Source: a candidate division WOR-3 bacterium (GTDB lineage Bacteria; Hydrothermota; UBA3072; B12-G15). From it: DNA of 11,593 nucleotides. The notes beneath the pieces are model-generated. The model was not told the DNA's origin. It searched no databases and worked only from the letters and a program-made list of their open reading frames with translations. The number at the start of each line of letters is the position of its first letter. Within the stretch, counting starts at the first letter, position 1. The translations under genes and the position numbers were made by a program. The DNA is taken from NCBI GenBank assembly GCA_965649055.1, contig CBFGJG010000055.1:1-11593 (forward strand), read 5' to 3'. This document shows positions 9,096 through 11,593 of the stretch, one piece after another.

Positions 9096-10982
9096 CTATC
9101 TTACTATTACAAATTTGATTCCTTTATTTCTAACTTCTATTTTTGCAAAATATACACCTTTTGGAACTTTCTTATCCCATATTATATCTTTTCTATCTAT
9201 CTTTATCCTGTCTATTACAACACCAACAACATTGTATATCACTATATCACTATCTATAACCTTATCAAGATGGAATATGACCTTACCTTTACTCATCTCA
9301 TATCTTAATATCACATCCCTATCATCTTCTACTATACCTACAACACCAGTCCTAAAATCTACCTCATTTGGTGCATTTCCTGATATATAAAACCATCTTG
9401 AATGTATTGGTGAACCATATTTTGGATGATATTTTACCCTTAATCTCCATTTATAAAGCGTGTTATTATCAAGACCACTTATTAGATTAGATAAAGTATA
9501 TCCAGATGTCCCTAAATCTATCCAATCTGTCGTTATAAGGTTAGTTCCATCAAATGGTATTCCCAATGGTTTTACTTCTATCTCTGCTTTTGCTAAAACC
9601 CTTCCATAATTAGAGAAAAGACCTGCTAATATTCCAAAGGAGTTCTCTGAATATGTTAGAAGAGAAGGAACTATTGGTGTTGTTAAATCTGTCCTCATCT
9701 GTCTAAGGTTCACAATCTTCCCTCTTCCTTCATTTCCATAATAAACAAATGCCATTCCCTCATTAGTTTCACTATTGTCATATAGAGAAGCACCAACAAT
9801 AATATCTGAATATCCATCTCCATTAACATCTCCAGCTGTTGATACTGACATGCCATAGTATGCAGATGCCTGATTTGATTCACCTGTCCAGTTAGGTAAT
9901 GATGATAACCCTGTTGGAGAGCCATTATACACATATGCTCTACCTTCGTTTGTCTCTCCACCGTCATACCAAACAGCACCTATAATTATATCCGAATATC
10001 CATCCCCATTTACATCTCCAGCTGTTGATACTGACCTGCCATAACCTGCATCTGCTTGATCTGATTCTCCTGTCCAGTTAGGTAATGATGATAGTCCTGT
10101 GGATGAACCATAATAAACATAGGCACAACCCTCGCCTATCTGCCCATTCGTATAATAAGGAGCACCAATGATTATATCTGAATACCCATCTCCATTAACA
10201 TCACCTGCTGTTGAAACTGAACTGCCAAAATTTGCACCCAGCTTATTTGATTCTCCTGTCCAGTTTGGCGATGATGATAATCCTGTTGATGAACCATAAT
10301 AAACATATGCACGACCTTCATCTTTCTGCTCATTGTCATAAAAATGTGCACCTATTATTACATCTGAATATCCGTCCCCATTTACATCTCCCGCAGAACA
10401 GACTGAAATTCCATAGTATGCAGATGCCTGATTTGATTCACCTATCCAATCAGGCGATGATGATAATCCTGTTGATGAACCATAATAAACATATGCACGA
10501 CCTTCATCTGACTCACCATTATCATAAAAAAGAGCACCTATAATTATATCCGAATATCCATCCCCATTTACGTCCCCTGCTGTTGAGACTGAAATGCCAT
10601 AGTTCGCACTAACTTGATTCGATTCACCTGTCCAGTTAGGTAATGATGATAATCCAGATGGAGAACCATAATAAACATATGCACGACCTTCATCTGACTC
10701 ACCATTATCATACGAATCAGCACCTATTATTATATCTGAATATCCATCCCCATTAATATCCCCTGCTGTTGAGACTGAAATGCCATAGTTCGCACCAACT
10801 TGATCTGATTCACCTGTCCAGTTAGGTGTTGATGATAAACCAGATGGAGAACCATAATAAACATAAGTACGACCTTCATTTGACTCACCATTATCATACG
10901 AACCAGCACCTATAATTATATCCGAATATCCATCTCCATTTACGTCCCCTGCTGTTGAGACTGAAATACCATAAGATGAAGA
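9096..10982 (-). CDS. FG-GAP repeat beta-propeller protein, C-terminal reading frame (about 6.7 repeats, FN3-like segment, T9SS type A-like sorting domain); downstream part of a frameshifted gene
   Basis: By hand translation this frame has no stop from 11060 down to the TAG at 9096-9098 and follows the repeat consensus from 10982. It has no in-frame ATG/GTG/TTG until the GTG at 9932, so the ORF track reports only 278 aa. Confidence 0.88.
   Translation of the reverse strand, partial: SSSYGISVSTAGDVNGDGYSDIIIGAGSYDNGESNEGRTYVYYGSPSGLSSTPNWTGESDQVGANYGISVSTAGDINGDGYSDIIIGADSYDNGESDEGRAYVYYGSPSGLSSLPNWTGESNQVSANYGISVSTAGDVNGDGYSDIIIGALFYDNGESDEGRAYVYYGSSTGLSSSPDWIGESNQASAYYGISVCSAGDVNGDGYSDVIIGAHFYDNEQKDEGRAYVYYGSSTGLSSSPNWTGESNKLGANFGSSVSTAGDVNGDGYSDIIIGAPYYTNGQIGEGCAYVYYGSSTGLSSLPNWTGESDQADAGYGRSVSTAGDVNGDGYSDIIIGAVWYDGGETNEGRAYVYNGSPTGLSSLPNWTGESNQASAYYGMSVSTAGDVNGDGYSDIIVGASLYDNSETNEGMAFVYYGNEGRGKIVNLRQMRTDLTTPIVPSLLTYSENSFGILAGLFSNYGRVLAKAEIEVKPLGIPFDGTNLITTDWIDLGTSGYTLSNLISGLDNNTLYKWRLRVKYHPKYGSPIHSRWFYISGNAPNEVDFRTGVVGIVEDDRDVILRYEMSKGKVIFHLDKVIDSDIVIYNVVGVVIDRIKIDRKDIIWDKKVPKGVYFAKIEVRNKGIKFVIVR
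9099..9338 (-). other. T9SS type A-like C-terminal sorting domain coding segment
   Basis: The last about 80 aa read GIVE...IVIYNVVG...IIWD...PKGVYFAKI...KFVIVR, matching the IYxxxG, GxYxxxI and terminal KxxxxK/R pattern of CTD-type domains. Not confirmed by HMM. Confidence 0.7.
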
Positions 10983-11593
10983 TCCTGATTTGATTCTCCT
11001 GTCCAGTTCGGTGTTGATGATAATCCAGATGGAGAACCATAATAAACATAAGTACGACCTTCATCTGACTCACCATTATCATACAAATCAGCACCTATAA
11101 TTATATCCGAATATCCATCTCCATTAATATCCCCTGCTGTTGAGACTGAAATGCCATAGTTCGCACCAACTTGATCTGATTCACCTGTCCAGTTAGGTGT
11201 TGATGATAATCCAGATGGAGAACCATAATAAACATATGCACGACCTTCATCTGACTCACCATTATCATACAAATCAGCACCTATTATTATATCTGAATAT
11301 CCATCCCCATTTACGTCCCCTGCTGTTGAAACTGAATATCCAAAGTATGCATTTAACTGATTTGCTTCAGCTGTCCAGTTAGGTGTTGATGATAATCCAG
11401 ATGGAGAACCATAATAAACATATGCACGACCTTCATCTGTCTCGCCATTATCATACAAAACAACACCTATTATAATATCTGAATATCCATCTCCGTTTAC
11501 ATCACCAGCTGTTGAAACTGAATATCCAAAGTATGCATTTAACTGATTTGCTTCAGCTGTCCAGTTAGGTGTTGATGATAAACCAGATGGAGA
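10940..11593 (-). CDS. FG-GAP repeat beta-propeller protein, upstream reading frame (5' end outside the window; ends prematurely after the frameshift)
   Basis: Open from the window edge through three full repeats to ...WTGESNQ, then out-of-consensus DLHLMVFQSQQQGT-stop. The TTG 11458 start in the ORF track is an internal Leu codon. Confidence 0.85.
   Translation of the reverse strand, partial: SPSGLSSTPNWTAEANQLNAYFGYSVSTAGDVNGDGYSDIIIGVVLYDNGETDEGRAYVYYGSPSGLSSTPNWTAEANQLNAYFGYSVSTAGDVNGDGYSDIIIGADLYDNGESDEGRAYVYYGSPSGLSSTPNWTGESDQVGANYGISVSTAGDINGDGYSDIIIGADLYDNGESDEGRTYVYYGSPSGLSSTPNWTGESNQDLHLMVFQSQQQGT
10982..10985 (-). other. 1-bp deletion frameshift joining the two FG-GAP reading frames
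   Basis: This repeat is 185 bp rather than 186. The minus strand reads AAT CAG GA TCT TCA, whereas the sister repeats near 10425 and 9867 read AAT CAG GCA TCT GCA. Confidence 0.85.

Larger units (their letters stand above)
9735..11593 (-). repeat. Intragenic tandem array of ten 186-bp (62-aa) FG-GAP units, probably continuing beyond the window
   Basis: Units R1-R10: 11408-11593, 11222-11407, 11036-11221, 10851-11035, 10665-10850, 10479-10664, 10293-10478, 10107-10292, 9921-10106, 9735-9920. Consensus SPSGLSSTPNWTGESxQxxAx(Y/F)GxSVSTAGD(V/I)NGDGYSDIIIGAxxYDNGESDEGRAYVYYG. The Ca-binding-type D(V/I)NGDGYSD motif is in all ten. Confidence 0.96.

Noticed and set aside
507..9390. Plus-strand ORFs in the track (507-701, 1449-1871, 2005-2211, 2242-2442, 3583-3822, 4504-4758, 5763-6218, 6343-6741, 7185-7685, 7979-8179, 8176-8376, 9066-9308, 9115-9390)
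   Set aside because: They lie antisense to well-supported genes and have no recognisable motifs, as expected for shadow ORFs.
9930..9932. GTG 9932 as the true start of an independent 278-aa gene
   Set aside because: It is the Val codon of the AYVY motif inside R9. The frame continues upstream in repeat consensus, and there is no signal peptide or convincing SD.
10960..11000. Programmed -1 ribosomal frameshift or homopolymer phase-variation tract
   Set aside because: There is no X XXY YYZ slippery site or long mononucleotide run at the frame junction.
8610..11382. Alternative-frame or antisense ORFs 8610-8810, 9710-9979, 10211-10543, 10894-11094 and 11197-11382
   Set aside because: They are off-frame or antisense readings of moxR or the FG-GAP repeats, and their internal periodicity only mirrors the array.
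9735..11593. Diversity-generating retroelement (TR/VR pair) as the source of repeat variation
   Set aside because: Differences between units are not confined to adenines, all copies are in-frame coding units, and no reverse transcriptase is present in the window.
9735..11593. CRISPR array
   Set aside because: The 186-bp period, codon-structured variation and continuous protein consensus do not fit a short repeat plus unique spacer layout.
9735..11593. Higher GC in the repeat array (70 of 186 nt in R2) as evidence of horizontal transfer
   Set aside because: The Gly/Ser/Asp/Ala-rich composition explains it. Third codon positions remain mostly A/T, and no mobility genes or boundaries are seen.

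Overview
AT-rich bacterial window whose recognisable genes are all on the minus strand. In transcription order: (1) The 3' part of a large secreted FG-GAP/integrin-alpha-type beta-propeller gene, entering from the right edge. It has at least ten 186-bp (62-aa) tandem repeats, an FN3-like segment and a T9SS type A-like C-terminal domain. A 1-bp deletion near 10983 interrupts it, and the ORF track under-calls it. (2) A complete, tightly overlapping MoxR/Bat operon: moxR, DUF58, DUF4381-like membrane protein, batA, batB, batC, batD, batE. (3) A PLP-dependent Cys/Met-metabolism enzyme starting 6 bp after batE. The most unusual element is the repeat array: near-identical units are mosaics of each other at the DNA level, and amino-acid variation is concentrated in two loop patches per blade. 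This may be a recombination-diversified surface binding protein, although assembly artefact cannot be excluded. Strong Shine-Dalgarno use together with a T9SS-like domain suggests a non-Bacteroidota FCB-related lineage such as WOR-3 (inference). All family calls come from motif recognition; no searches were run.
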